Assembly (NCBI GenBank): GCA_951406725.2
Contig: OX597835.1
Location: forward strand, 41,354,001-41,418,000
DNA: 64,000 bases
DNA from: Octopus vulgaris
Taxonomy: Eukaryota
Direction of reading: 5' to 3'
Position numbers and translations under genes: made by a program. This document shows, piece by piece, positions 27,734 to 40,534 of the stretch. The notes beneath the pieces were generated by a model that did not search any database, was not told the origin of the DNA, and saw only the letters and a program-made list of their open reading frames with translations. The number at the start of each line of letters is the position of its first letter. The first letter of the stretch is position 1.

Positions 27734-27761
27734 TAAATAATAAAACAGAGAAGGAACTTAC

Positions 27762-27836
27762 TTCATTCTCACCAATCTTTCCATGTTCCATCAAAAACGC
27801 CAGCATTCTGGAGACATCAAGAAGATCTGCATGTAC
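27762..27836 (-). CDS. Slimp: SLIMP-like exon M (motif 3)
   Basis: ttctatatgtag|GTA ... GAA|gtaagt; 75 nt; VHADLLDVSRMLAFLMEHGKIGENE cf. motif 3 'VNATACAVPRLLIALLE'. Confidence 0.92.
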
Positions 27837-27949
27837 CTACATATAGAAAGTTAAATATATTAATTCAATCCCAGCTGTAGCCACTGATCACATTCAAAAT
27901 ACTGGTTTTCTAGTAAATACATTTATTAAAGAAAGTGTAGAACTCAACG

Positions 27950-28200
27950 AAAAGCTCTATCTGCGAAGATTTCATCTCAATCAAAGGAGAGGGGCTTTCT
28001 CCGTCTGGGTTGCGGATCCGTGGAATAAGCTGCCGGACGAGATAGTGAAGATGCCGACGACCGCTCGGTTCAAAGTCTCTCTTGACCAGAAATGGCCTGA
28101 ACTCTTTGCATGAACACCCTCCCTGTACATAACTCCATGTCCCTCTATACAGCCTTGCTTTTTGCTTTTTGAGCCAAAAAATTAACTTAACTTAACTTAT
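27950..28200 (+). mobile_element. CR1 LINE 3' end
   Basis: AFSVWVADPWNKLPDEIV...FKVSLD; (AACTT)n tail; inverted copy at 40535-40830. Confidence 0.8.
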
Positions 28201-31200
28201 CAACCAAAGACCCTGAAGACTTGATTCCTTTAGTTACGGTGTTGTAAAAGACAATGCAAGACAGCAACAATAAACAATTTATAATGCAGGAATTTCCAAT
28301 GAATGATGGGTAAAAAGCAAGTCCAGTGGTATCTCAAACTGACAAAGAATCAAAATTCCAGATGCACTTTTGGAGTACCAGCACTGCTTAAAATTGGTCA
28401 GATACAAAACTGATGAGAAATATTGGGAATAGAGAAAATAAAAGTTACTTCCTGCTGAGCATCAGAACCATATCATACCATTTCTAACAGCAGCAACAAC
28501 TGAACCAATAGAGGAGCTACTATGTGGCCACTTGAACTTATAAAAACAACAGCTAAATATCTCTCAAATCCCACAATTTCAGGTTAAAATATGCCTATAA
28601 CAAAGAAGATAGTAATACAATTTTGACAAGCGTAACCATTTAGTTTTCAGATTAAAAAAGCGCCAGTCTCTAACTGTAGAGAGAACCTGTGGAATAGGTA
28701 GACCCAGGAAGACATGGAATGAGGTGGTAAAGTATGATCTTTAAATGTTGGACCTCACAGAGGCAATGACAAGTGACCAAGACCTTTGGCAACAGGCCGT
28801 ACTTGAGAAGACCTGTCAAGCCAAGTTAAACCATAGCCAATGCCAGTGTCCCATTACAGGCGCCTGTTCTAGTGACATGTAAAAAGCACCCTTCAAACAT
28901 TGGGCCTCACAAAGATAAGTGACCGAGACCTTTGGCAATATGCCAGGCTCAAGAAGACTCGTCAAGCCCAGCGAAATTGCAGGTGTGGCCGATGCCAGAG
29001 TCAGATAACTGGCACCTGTATCTGTGACACATAAAAAGCACCCATTACACTCTGTAGAATGGTTGGTGGTAGGAAGGGCATCCAGCTATAGAAACCATGT
29101 CAAATTAGATTGGAACCTGGTGCAGCTAGCCTAGCTTACCAATTTCAGTCAAACCATCCAACCCATGCCAGCATGGAAAGCAGACACCAGATGATGATGA
29201 TTACGCCGTCAAATGTAAAACTTATTAATTCATATTGTTCTGAATTAATCACACATTATCTTGTACCTTCAAGATTTTGATGATATGATTGTTTTATTTT
29301 TATAATAACATTATAGGGTAGGTGTGAGAGACAGGATCTGGCCAGTGTGAACATAAGACAGAATATTTGGGTCTGATACAATTGGTTTAATCAGTAAATA
29401 GCTAACTGTAGCACAAGTCTGGGCAAGGTTGTGTTATGGAAGACCAGCAGTCGCCCATGCATACCAGCCTCCTCTCTCCATGCCACCGATGTTATCCAAG
29501 AGAAAGGCAAAGGCTGATACAGCTTGGCACCAATGACATCACAACACATTTCTACAGCTGAGAGAACTGGAGTAGCATGAAGTCATGTGTCTCTGTATTG
29601 CCAGCTCAAATCACACTCTAGCATCTTAAAAAAGGAAATGACAAATTTGATAATGTAACCCTAGATACACTTAGACATTTGAGATGGCTACAGCTAGGAT
29701 GCTTTTGAGCGTAAGTTTACTTAATTCAGGGTTGACCTGGAGCTGAATTAAAAACTCACACCAACAACTTGGTAGAAATAGCAGTCAAATCCCTCTTGAA
29801 TCACATCTAGACTTAAGGAAAAAAAAGGAGACAGAAGACACACGGAACTTAGTTATACGTTATCTGAAATTAAGACAGGATGGTCATGACCAGAATGTCT
29901 TTGGTTTTGATCCTGGGTCAACTGGATTTTAGCCTAACTGGGATTAAAGAAACGACAATTGTTTCAGTCATTTGACTGCGGCCATGCTAGAGCACCACAT
30001 TGAAGAAAAGAATTTTAGTTGAACAAAGCAACCCTAGTACTTATTTTTCTTTTAAGCCTGGTACTAAATCTATCAGTCTGTTTTGGTGAACTGCTGAGTT
30101 ACAGGGATGTAAACACACCAACACCAGTTGTCAAGCAGTGATGGGGGACAAACACAGACACAAACACATACAAACATAGATACAACAGACATCTTTCAGT
30201 TTCTGTCTGCTAAATCCACGCACAAGGCTTTCGTTGGCCCAGGGCTATAGTAGAAGACATTTGCCCAAGGTGCCACACAGTGGGATTGAACCCAGAACCA
30301 GCTGGTTGGGAAGCAAACTTCTTACCACACAACCACACCTCTCTTTTCTCTATCTCTTTCTCTTGTTTCAGTCATTTGATTGCAGCCATGCTGGAGCACC
30401 GCCTTTAGTCAAGCAAATCGACCCCAGGACTTATTCTTTGGAAGCCTAGTACTTATTCTGTCGGGGACGTAAACACACCAACATTGGTTGTCAAGCAATG
30501 TTGGGGGGACAAATGCAGACACACATACATATACACGCACATATATATATATATATATATACATATATATATGATGGGCTTCTTTCAGTTTCCATCTACC
30601 AAATCCACTCACAAGGCTTTGGTCGACCCAAGGCTATAGTAGAAGACACCTGCCCAAGGTGCCAAGCAGTGGGACTGAACCCAGAACCATGTGGTTGGTA
30701 AGCAAGCTTCTTACCACACAAACACACCTAACAACTATTATATTACAATTAGGAACAATTATTTCACAAACAAAAAAACAAAAAAATTATAGCAATCATT
30801 GACCTCAACAACAACAACAACAGCAGCATCACCTCCCCCACCACCTATCAATCACCACTACTGTTGTCACCTTAACAAAAACCTAACCAATGTTAAAACA
30901 TGGCTGTCAACCCATTTGTTGACCGTTCAACAAATGGGTTTCATCTTGTCACACGCTAAGACAGTCATCAGATCATTTCATGGACACTTTCGAGAAAACG
31001 ACAAAGAAAACTTTGAATCTACATTAACACACACACACACACACACAATTGTTGTCTTTACTCTTTTACTCTTTTACTTGTTTCAGTCATTTGACTGCGG
31101 CCATGCTGGAGCATCACCCTTAGTCGAGCAAATCGACCCCGGGACTTATTCTATCGGCCTCTATTGCTGAACCGCTAAGTTACGGGGACGTAAACACACC

Positions 31201-31766
31201 AGCGATGTTGGGGGACAAACACAGACACACAAACGTATACACACTGACATACATATATATATATATATATATATGTGTTGAAACATTCCTGTCACAACCT
31301 GAAACCTTGAAGACTGCTTAAATGCAAGAAAGTATACTAGTCCCTTAATATTTTATATTCAATATTTCATCTACTCAATAAGACAATCAATACTTCATTT
31401 CATTTTACTATATATACTATTTATACTATATATTCTATATTCTACATTAATATTATAAAGAATATAAATAAAACATAAAAAACAGAGTTGGAATTTCTTT
31501 GAATGATATACATATATATATGACGGGCTTCTTTCAGTTTCCGTCTACCAAATCCCCTCACAAGGCTTTGGTTGGCCCGAGGCTATAGCAGAAGACACTT
31601 GCCCAAGGTGCCACACAGTGGGACTGAACAGTTACTTTGCAATGATGTAATGTCTTCATTAATCAATTAAAGGAGTTGTTAGAAATGGCCGTGATGAATT
31701 GACACCTCTACTCTTACTCATATTTCATATGTGTATGCACACACACACATATATATATATATAAAT

Positions 31767-31984
31767 TATATAGAGGGCATTACTATATATAAATGTCACA
31801 TGCTAGGAGGGACTCTTAAAGTCAAAACTTACCAAAATAAATAAACACATCTCGAAGCAATTCTTTTTAAATGACTTGCTTTGAGAGTTGCATTTGGTAC
31901 GATGTGTTTATTTATTTGGGTAGTTTTGACTTTAAGAGTCCCTCCTAGCATGTGGCATTTATGTATAGTAATGCCCTCTATATA
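31767..31984. repeat. Inverted repeat (about 85-bp arms)
   Basis: tatatagagggcattacta...tagtaatgccctctatata. Confidence 0.9.
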
Positions 31985-32094
31985 ATATAAATAAATATAT
32001 TTAAGTGAAAAAATTGGTGGATTTTTTTCTCTTATGAGGTTTTTCACGCTAACTACTAAGATAAATTCTTATAAAGATTTTATCCTATTTTTAA

Positions 32095-32126
<32 letters not shown>

Positions 32127-32187
32127 CTATTGGCAACACAACACATAATATAGTCGACAACATATACAAGTACTGAACTGTACTAAC

Positions 32188-32274
32188 CATGTGTACAACT
32201 TTGTCCTGTGTAGGAGAGCTTGATATCATTAACCTCTCACCTATATATGTCCCAGTCAGGGAGACTGAGGCCAC
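32188..32274 (-). CDS. Slimp: SLIMP-like exon L
   Basis: ttctaatttccag|GTG ... ATG|gttagt; 87 nt; VASVSLTGTYIGERLMISSSPTQDKVVHM cf. SerRS 'VTSASNCTDFQSRRL.I.....H'. Confidence 0.92.
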
Positions 32275-32474
32275 CTGGAAATTAGAAACAAAACTGATTA
32301 AGTCAAGTTAATGAAAATATAAACAATCTTTTTAATGTCGATTCTTTTAATTAAGACAAACACACAAACAAAAAGTAACATGACAATGAAAAGCCTCTAC
32401 GTGGTCACTAGATATGCTAGAAAGCTGCCTCAAATCACAAACCCTCATCTTACATAAACAACAATATATTGGAT

Positions 32475-32656
32475 ATTATTATGCACAGTTCTATATTTAA
32501 GAGATGAGGAATTGTGTACGTTATTTACATTTGACGGATATTTGTCCTCATCTTGTTTGTTGTTAACACGTTTCGGCTGATATACCCTCCAGCCTTCATC
32601 AGGTGTCTGGGGGAAATTTCGAACCTGGGTTCTCATTCCTAAGGTATTTTTCGATG

Positions 32657-32660
<4 letters not shown>
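32475..32660 (-). mobile_element. Penelope-like terminal (pLTR) fragment with a hammerhead-like core
   Basis: CTGATGAA-GGCTG(gagggtatat)CAGCC-GAAACGTGTT. Confidence 0.6.
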
Positions 32661-32692
<32 letters not shown>

Positions 32693-32871
32693 TCACAAGG
32701 ATTTAGTTGGCCCAAGGCTATAGTAGAAGTCACCCAAGGTGCCTAGTAGTGAAAGCAAACCCAGAACTTCTTATCACACAACCATGCATGTGCTTACATT
32801 ACATTAAAAAATAATTCAAAAACACAGGCAGTGTTTTTTATTAGAATGGTAATAAAGCAGTTAAGAATGAA
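32693..32871 (+). repeat. 179-bp direct duplication with 34359-34537
   Basis: One mismatch seen (gtgcttac vs gtgcctac). Confidence 0.92.
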
Positions 32872-32890
32872 AATTTAGAAATAGCAGCCA

Positions 32891-33068
32891 AAGGCCGCTT
32901 ATTCCTATTTACTACAGATATATCTCCACATATAACGTTACTTGTAACTCACATAGGCAAAAGAAAAGACTGTTTGATTTCGTTATTTTCCTTCTTTTCA
33001 CCTATGTGAGTTACAAGTAATGTTATAATGTGGAGCTATATCTGTAGTAAGTAGAAATAAGCAGTCTT
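32891..33068. repeat. Inverted repeat (about 78-bp arms)
   Basis: ttacttgtaactcacatagg / cctatgtgagttacaagtaa core. Confidence 0.85.
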
Positions 33069-33109
33069 ATTGTGTGGTTGGGAAGCAAACTTCGTACCAC
33101 ACAGATTTT

Positions 33110-33400
33110 AACTTAAGCAGATCAGGCCGAAAATGTCGCTAGAAGCTAGGATCACCAAGCATAGATTGGCATATTTCGGTCATATTATGCAGAGAAAATC
33201 CCTGGAGAAGGACATCATGCTCGGAATGGTCAGTGGCAAGAGAGGAAGAGGCCGACCAAGAACCTGCTGGCTTGACACCATCAAGAGTGATACCGGAATG
33301 GACATAGCCAATCTGAAAGAAGCGGCCCAGGATAGAACTGACTGGAGGACACTGATCCATCGAGTGACCGAGAGTCGACTTCAACTGAGTGGATAGATAG
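33110..33400 (+). mobile_element. RTE/BovB-like LINE 3' end
   Basis: RLAYFGHIM...LEKDIMLG..GKRGRGRPR..WLD; (GATA)n tail; inverted copy at 52470-52712. Confidence 0.85.
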
Positions 33401-33453
33401 ATATATATACATATAAATACAAGCATGGAATAATATAATACAAGACAGATTAC

Positions 33454-33547
33454 CGTCAAATATTGTTGCTGTGATGGGGCCCACATCTCTATAATGGCCT
33501 TCTTACTTTCGGAAACATGCAACTGGGAAGCAGGGAGCAGCACCAAC
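33454..33547 (-). CDS. Slimp: SLIMP-like exon K
   Basis: tttcctttcag|G ... ACG|gtaatc; 94 nt, phase 2-0; LVLLPASQLHVSESKKAIIEMWAPSQQQYLT cf. SerRS 'V..MP..ELG..A.RK.DIEAWMP'. Confidence 0.92.
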
Positions 33548-34266
33548 CTGAAAGGAAACTGGCATCAACGTTACGTTGCTCAAAATTCCTTGTTTTTTTT
33601 TTATCTTCTTTTAGCTTTTATTTGTTTCAGTCATTAGACTGCGACCATGCTGGGGCACCATCTAGAAGGATTTTAATCAAACAAATTGACCCCAGCACTC
33701 ATTTTTCTAAAGCTTGGTACTTATTCTATCGGTCTCTTTTGCCAAACCCCTAACTTATGGGGATGGAAACACACCATCACTAATTGTCAAGTGGAAGCAG
33801 TAGTTGGGGACAATCACATTCACACACACAAACACAAATATCATCATCATCATCGTTTAACGTCCACTTCCCATGCTGGCATGGATTGGACAATTTGACT
33901 GAGGACTGGCAAACCAGATGGCTGCACCTGACTCCAATCTGATCTGGCAGAGTTTCTACAGCTGGATGCCCTTCCTAATGCCAACCACTCCGAGAGTGTA
34001 GTGGGTGCTTTTATGTGCCACTGGCACGAGGGCCAGTCAGGTGGTACTGGCAGCAGCCATGCTCAAATGGTGCTTTTTATGTACCACTTGCACAGGAGCC
34101 AGTCCAGCGGCATTGGCAACAACCTTGCTCGAATGTTTTTCACGTGCCACCAGCACAAGTGCCAGTAAGGCGACACAGCTAACGATTACGTTCGAATGGT
34201 GTTTTTTACGTGCCATTGACTCAGAGGCCAGCTTGTAGCTCTAGCAACGATCACACTCGTGTGGTA

Positions 34267-34312
<46 letters not shown>

Positions 34313-34773
34313 TAAACACACACATACAATGAACTTCTTTCAGTTCTACCAAATCCATTCACAAGGATTTAGTTGGCCCAAGGCTATAGTAGAAGTCACC
34401 CAAGGTGCCTAGTAGTGAAAGCAAACCCAGAACTTCTTATCACACAACCATGCATGTGCCTACATTACATTAAAAAATAATTCAAAAACACAGGCAGTGT
34501 TTTTTATTAGAATGGTAATAAAGCAGTTAAGAATGAAGAAATTCAGCATTCAAAAAATGGGTTCTCAGTTGGAACCTAGTCTAGAGAAAGGGAATATATG
34601 TAGAAATAAGAAACTAAAGGATGATTGTCAAACAGCTTGGGGGAAATATAGTTCTTTAGATGTTTCAGAGTTTGTTTTTACCATCAGAACAAAGACCAAA
34701 TACTGGGACATTATCTTTAATGTTTTAAGTGCAAAACAAAGAAAAATGAAGTTAATAGCATAAAAAATTTTAC

Positions 34774-34880
34774 CTGACAGGAAGGTTTAGATCAGAATAA
34801 AAGTTCCAAATCATGGTAAGGAATTGGTGGAATTGATTATCAGCCATAGTGTCGTCATGGCATACAGAGCAAACCTCACA
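34774..34880 (-). CDS. Slimp: SLIMP-like exon J
   Basis: tttcttacag|TGT ... GTCAG|gtaaaa; 107 nt, phase 0-2; CEVCSVCHDDTMADNQFHQFLTMIWNFYSDLNLPV(R) cf. SerRS 'VEMF...EEF.....FYxxLGLPYR'. Confidence 0.92.
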
Positions 34881-35439
34881 CTGTAAGAAATAATTTTGAA
34901 ATTGTTGGCATTAGATATAAGCATTAATATGAGACAGAAATTAATAGTTGGATGAAAGAATGGAAAATGATCTTTATTTTAAAGACAAACATTTTATATA
35001 TCATGTGTTGGTACCATTAAAAACCATTTGTGCTAGTGCCACATAAAATCACCCGTGCTGGTGTCATGTATAAAGCACCTGTGCTGGTACCATGTAAACG
35101 GCACCCAGTACACTCTCTAAAGTGGTTGGCATTAGGAAAGGCATTCAGCCACAGAAACTATGCTGAAGCTGACAATTAGAGCCTGATGCAGCTCCCTGGC
35201 TCACCAGCCCCTGTCAAGCCACCCAATCTATGCCAGCATGGGAAACAGATGTTAAATGAGGATGATAATGATGATGAAACCATTATTACATATGTTATTA
35301 AACATTATTATAGATAGTGTTTGACATTACAATAACCATTAATTTATTATTATGTAGTATTAAACATAATAATCACCAATATGGGACTGAGAAATACTTG
35401 GATCAAATAATAGGAAATGATATTTCTTTTAAAGATTAA

Positions 35440-35660
35440 TCCTTTCATTACTGTATTTATTTTGAGATGCTCTGTGTTTCATTCAATTACTTTAAATATA
35501 ACAAAGAATTTAGTAAAATAACTTAGTTATCATTCAGCTAGTGTTGGGAACATAAATTGTGACTAAGGTTTGGTGGAAGATTTTAATTCAAAACTTATGA
35601 AAACAAGACATTTGTACTACAGAGCCAGAGGCGGTTTTGGCCAGGTTGGTATCAAAAGGG
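35440..35660. mobile_element. piggyBac-like MITE, same family
   Basis: TTAA-flanked; body near-identical to 23508-23727. Confidence 0.8.
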
Positions 35661-36430
35661 TTAACATATATTCTAAGGGCTCCATTGATCAGAGTTGACC
35701 ACATCTGGATCAAGGATAAGGCTCTTTGCGAAAGACCTGCCATTGCCCATATATACAAATCTTGCCTGTCCGTGTTGCTGATGTTCTCCAGCTTATCAGT
35801 GACCTAAGAGAAAAACTGAGATGTAAAAGAAACCAGATATAACATCGTGAGAAAAGATTATGCTGGGATGGACACATGATGTGCATGGAGGATCAGAGTT
35901 GTGTAAAGAAAGTATTGAGCACTCAAAGTGAATGTGTAACCTGTGGAAGAAAAGGATGGAGGAAGACCAGGTTGTGGAAACTGATTTCAAGATTTTACAC
36001 TTCATAAATGACATGATGAAGGATCATAATAACTGATGACACACAGTATCCCCAATGGAATGTCTTCAACCACAGGTCATACCATTCAGGGTTCAAGGGG
36101 GCATTAGCAACAACAACATTAGCAGCAAATACCAAAAATCCAGTGTGAAGGATCTGAAAATGAAAATGAAACTTCAAAGTGGCAAGACATAGTTATGACA
36201 TACAGAAATCTCCCGTGTTATGAAAATACTATTTTCCTGAAAATCTTGTAAAATGGAATTCCATGCCACAAACTTATTTCTATGTTCATTGATTTTTGTA
36301 ATACCATGAAAGTCAATGGTAAAATTGGTTCCACAATGGTACCAGAATTCCATATTACAGCAAGATTTTCAGGGATGTAAATCTTCCATAAGAGAGGAGA
36401 TGCCTGGTCTGTGAATACAAAATATCTCAC

Positions 36431-36483
36431 CTTGGTTGTTTGTGAAGTATGATATAAACCCATGTTGGCACAGCTGGATACAA
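36431..36483 (-). CDS. Slimp: SLIMP-like exon I (motif 2)
   Basis: ctttgtcttttag|TT ... AAG|gtgaga; 53 nt, phase 1-0; (V)VSSCANMGLYHTSQTTK cf. SerRS 'GLYRVHxFTK'. Confidence 0.9.
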
Positions 36484-37511
36484 CTAAAAGACAAAGAGAA
36501 AAGAAAATAATATAAATTTTTCTATGGAAGTTTGGGCCTTCTTTTGTCCCTTTCATACCTGCTAATCTCCATCTGCTTCCTCTCATGTCTGTTCAATAAC
36601 CTCTCATCTCTGTATCACACACTTCTTATCCAATTCACTGACCTACGTAACTTATGTAATGCTGAAAAACATTACATCTGATCATACTCAATCTCCCATC
36701 CCTGCCACCATATCCCTATACATCCTTTTCTCTTCCATCACAATGGCTGTGTGGTGAAAGATTATGATGGTGTCAGATCATTCCAAAAGGATTAAACATT
36801 TCATAAACAACATTCTAATCTTTGTCATTGTTGTTGTTTTAGCCCCAGGTCAGCTCTGATCCAGTAGACCTATGATCCAATGTATTCCTACAATTAATCA
36901 GAACTTGTCAGTGTGAAGTCTAGACTTGAACTCAGAAGGGTGAAAGTATATGTAGAACAATAAACTGGTAGGTCACACCAAGTTGAGTAGATGACTATTG
37001 ACATATCATATATCTGCAAATCTGTTGACCTGGAATGATGGCAACAACAAAAGACTGACTAATGAATTAACAAGGGAGTACTATGCAGTCACTCAAATTG
37101 CTAGAACAGCAACTAAACCTCTCAAATTACACTTTACAGTCTTAAAAAAAATAGGACATGTCAGATAACAATGTAGTCCAAGATACACTATGCCCAAAAA
37201 ATAAATATAACTGCATTCTCAGGCTTAGAACACTTTTGATCAAAAGCTCTGCGTGATCAAAGCTGATCTGGGGCTAAAAGACAATAGAACTAGATCAATT
37301 GGTTTGACCCACCAAATACGGTAGGGGAATTATGAAGGGAATAGAAGTGTTGATCAATACCACCTGGTTACACCCCAAAAACCAACTTTTGATAACTAAC
37401 CTAATCTCATTAAATATCTGAAAATGATAGGAGGATTATGGTAAGAATTAGGCTGCAAATCCTTTAGCTGGCAGATCAATAGCAACTGGTTTGCAACTAC
37501 TAACCAGCTTG

Positions 37512-38235
37512 ATAACTGCTTTGATCTCTCAAACCAGTTATAAATTAACTGATCTGATCTCTCAAACTAGCTATCAACTGCTTTGATCTCTCTAACCAGT
37601 TATAAATTAACTGATCTGATCTCTCTAACCAGCTATGAATTAACTGCTTTGATCTCTCAAACCAGGTATGAATTAACTGATCTGATCTCACAAACCAGCT
37701 ACGATTTAACTGCTTTGATCTCTCAAACCAGGTATGAATTAACTGATCTGATCTCTCAAACCAGCTATGAATTAACTGCTTTGATCTCTCAAACCAGTTA
37801 TAAATTAACTGATCTGATCTCTCAAACCAGTTATAAATTAACTGATCTGATCTCTCAAACCAGTTATAAATTAACTGATCTGATCTCTCAAACCAGCTAT
37901 GAATTAACTGGTTTGATCTCTCAAACCAGGTATGAATTAACTGCTTTGATCTCTCAAACCAGGTATGAATTAACTGCTTTGATCTCTCAAACCAGCTGTC
38001 AACAGCTTTGATCTCTCTAGTCAGCTATAAATTGACTGGTTTGATCTCTCTACATGGCAATACATCAATTAAATTAACTACTTTGATCTCTCTAGTCAGC
38101 TATAAATTGACTGGTCTGATCTCTCCACACACTTATAAATTAACTGCTTTGATCTCTCAAACCAGGTATGAATTAACTGGTTTGATCTCTCTAGTAAACT
38201 ATAAATTAACTGGTTTGATCTCTCTAAAATAGCTG
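37512..38235. repeat. 33-bp minisatellite, about 22 copies
   Basis: Unit TTAACTGATCTGATCTCTCAAACCAGTTATAAA and variants. Confidence 0.95.
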
Positions 38236-38493
38236 CAAGATCAACTGGCTTGACCTTGATCCCTTGAGCGATAGATCAACAGACATAACTGATTAATCAA
38301 CTGCAAACCAACCAGCTTTACTTCCTTGCCCAACTTATAAACCAACTTGCTCTTTGACTGATCTCACACCGCTACTGCTGAAAATTGAGCCAATCAACTA
38401 AATTATCAACACAAACATTAGACACAGCAACAGTGACCTTGACACAATTCTTATTGAAGAAAAACCCAAGTGAATGAAATAATGAAATCATAC

Positions 38494-38571
38494 CAGGATG
38501 ATAACATTTACCAATGGTGAAATAGGTTTGGGGAGTGGTTTCACAATCCACTGTCATCCTGGTCCAAAAAG
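38494..38571 (-). CDS. Slimp: SLIMP-like exon H (start of degenerate motif 2)
   Basis: ttcttttgcag|CT ... CCTG|gtatga; 78 nt, phase 1-1; (A)[25 protein letters not shown]. Confidence 0.9.
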
Positions 38572-38596
38572 CTGCAAAAGAAATTTAAATAAATTA

Positions 38597-38666
<70 letters not shown>

Positions 38667-39434
38667 TGCAAGAATCTGTATGTGAGTGTGTGAATGTGTC
38701 TGTATGTGCATTTGTGTGTGTGTGTGTGACTTGTGTTTGTATCTAACTATGTATATGAATCTGCATGTATGTGTGGATGTGTCTGTATATGAGTCTATGT
38801 GTCTGTGTGTGTCTGCATGTCTGTGTGTGTGTGTGACTCTGTGTCGGTCTGTATGTGAGTCTCTGTGCATGTCTATGTGAGTCCAGGTGGACAATCCATG
38901 TACTCACCTCTTTAACAAGACACCTACTTTTCTCCCCCTATCATAGTTCTTTATTTCTCCTGTCTATACCCCACTCAATTGAGGGGCTTCATCTTGTGGG
39001 TATTTGGCGACCTCACTGGTGCTGGTGACCCATAAAAAGCACTCAGTACAATCTGTGAAATGGTTAGCATAAGGAAAGGCACCCAGTTGTAGAAACCATG
39101 TCAGAATAGACATAGGACCTGGCAGAGTCCTCTGGTTCATCTGTTCTTGTCAAACCGTCCAACCCATGCCAGGGTAGAAAAAAGGACAATGATGACAATT
39201 TCCTCTGACTATGCATGTAGCTAAGTTTTGTAAATGAAAGCGAAATTCATTACAAAATCACCAGCACCCTAACCTCGCAGCTACTTTTTTAATAGGGGCA
39301 CCTCAAGTAAATTTGTGAAATGCAAGGGAAAATTATACAAGTTGGATGTAGTAACCATTTATAAATACAGAACCCACCCCCAACACATCCCCTAATGTAG
39401 AAAAGAAGTCAAAGGTCAGAGTTCATATACCTAC

Positions 39435-39519
39435 CTGCAAATGACATTGGTGAAACACCAATGAAATGACAAATATGTTCGATTTTCATTGTTTCTTCAT
39501 TATTTTCCAAAGTGTAGAT
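39435..39519 (-). CDS. Slimp: SLIMP-like exon G (degenerate TxE region)
   Basis: ttttgtcttttgtaag|ATC ... GCAG|gtaggt; 85 nt, phase 0-1; IYTLENNEETMKIEHICHFIGVSPMSFA. Confidence 0.9.
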
Positions 39520-40534
39520 CTTACAAAAGACAAAAAAGAAAAAAAAAATGTCTAACACCTGGAAATGATTAGAGAATTACTTTTAAAGTTGTTTCTATAG
39601 ATTTATTTCTAAAGAAATCAGAACCAACTCTGAAAGTTATGAGGTTTCGTATACAAGTTACACCTATGGGCTGGCTCTAATTTCTATAGAAAATCTGTGA
39701 AAAAGAAAGAAGGGGAAGAAAAAAAAAAGGAAGCTCTCTTTTACTTGTTTCAGTCATTTGACTGCGGCCATGCTGGAGCACCGCCTTTAGTCGAGCAAAT
39801 CGACCCCGGGTCTTATTCTTTTGTAAGCCCAGTACTTATTCCATCGGTCTCTTTTGCCGAACCGCTAAGTGACGGGGACATAAACACACCAGCATCGGTT
39901 GTCAAGCAATGCTAGGTGGACAAACACAGACACACAAACACATACACACAAACACATACACACATACATACATATATACGACAGGCTTCTTTCAGTTTCC
40001 ATCTACCAAACCCACTCACAAGGCATTGGTCAGCCCGGGGCTATAGCAGAAGACACTTGCCCAAGATGCCACGCAGTGGGATTGAACCTGGAACCATGTG
40101 GTTGGTTAGCAAGCTACTTACCACACAGCCACTCCTGCGCCTATAAAACCTAACAGTAGGCAAAATATCACTAAGCTTTTTGCCTGGCATTCTAACGATT
40201 CTGCCAGATTGTCATCTTGCACGTATAATACGTAACTTAGAAGCAGCGCTATGGATGTACCAGCACACACAAGACTGAGACATGGCCGACCTCACAAACT
40301 TCTCATGAGGAATTCCGGGAGGAGTGTCGTGAGACCACTGCTGAGACGATTCCAAAAAATAATAAAGGAAAGCCATTAGAAAACTGGTTATAGCAGTGAC
40401 TCCATCCAAGAATATCTAAAGAAGGAATATTATTATGAAATATTGTATCAGACTATGGAGGACTAAATTACAACAGGTATATAGTCCATTATCTGTATTA
40501 TAGTGCATTGTTGTACCATTCAAAACTTTTTTTT

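Noticed and set aside
37512-38235. CRISPR-like regular array
   Set aside because: Units are contiguous with no unique spacers, there are no cas genes, and the context is a eukaryotic intron
40210-40475. Possible solo LTR (TGT...CAACA with AATAAA)
   Set aside because: No matching TSD and weak terminal repeats
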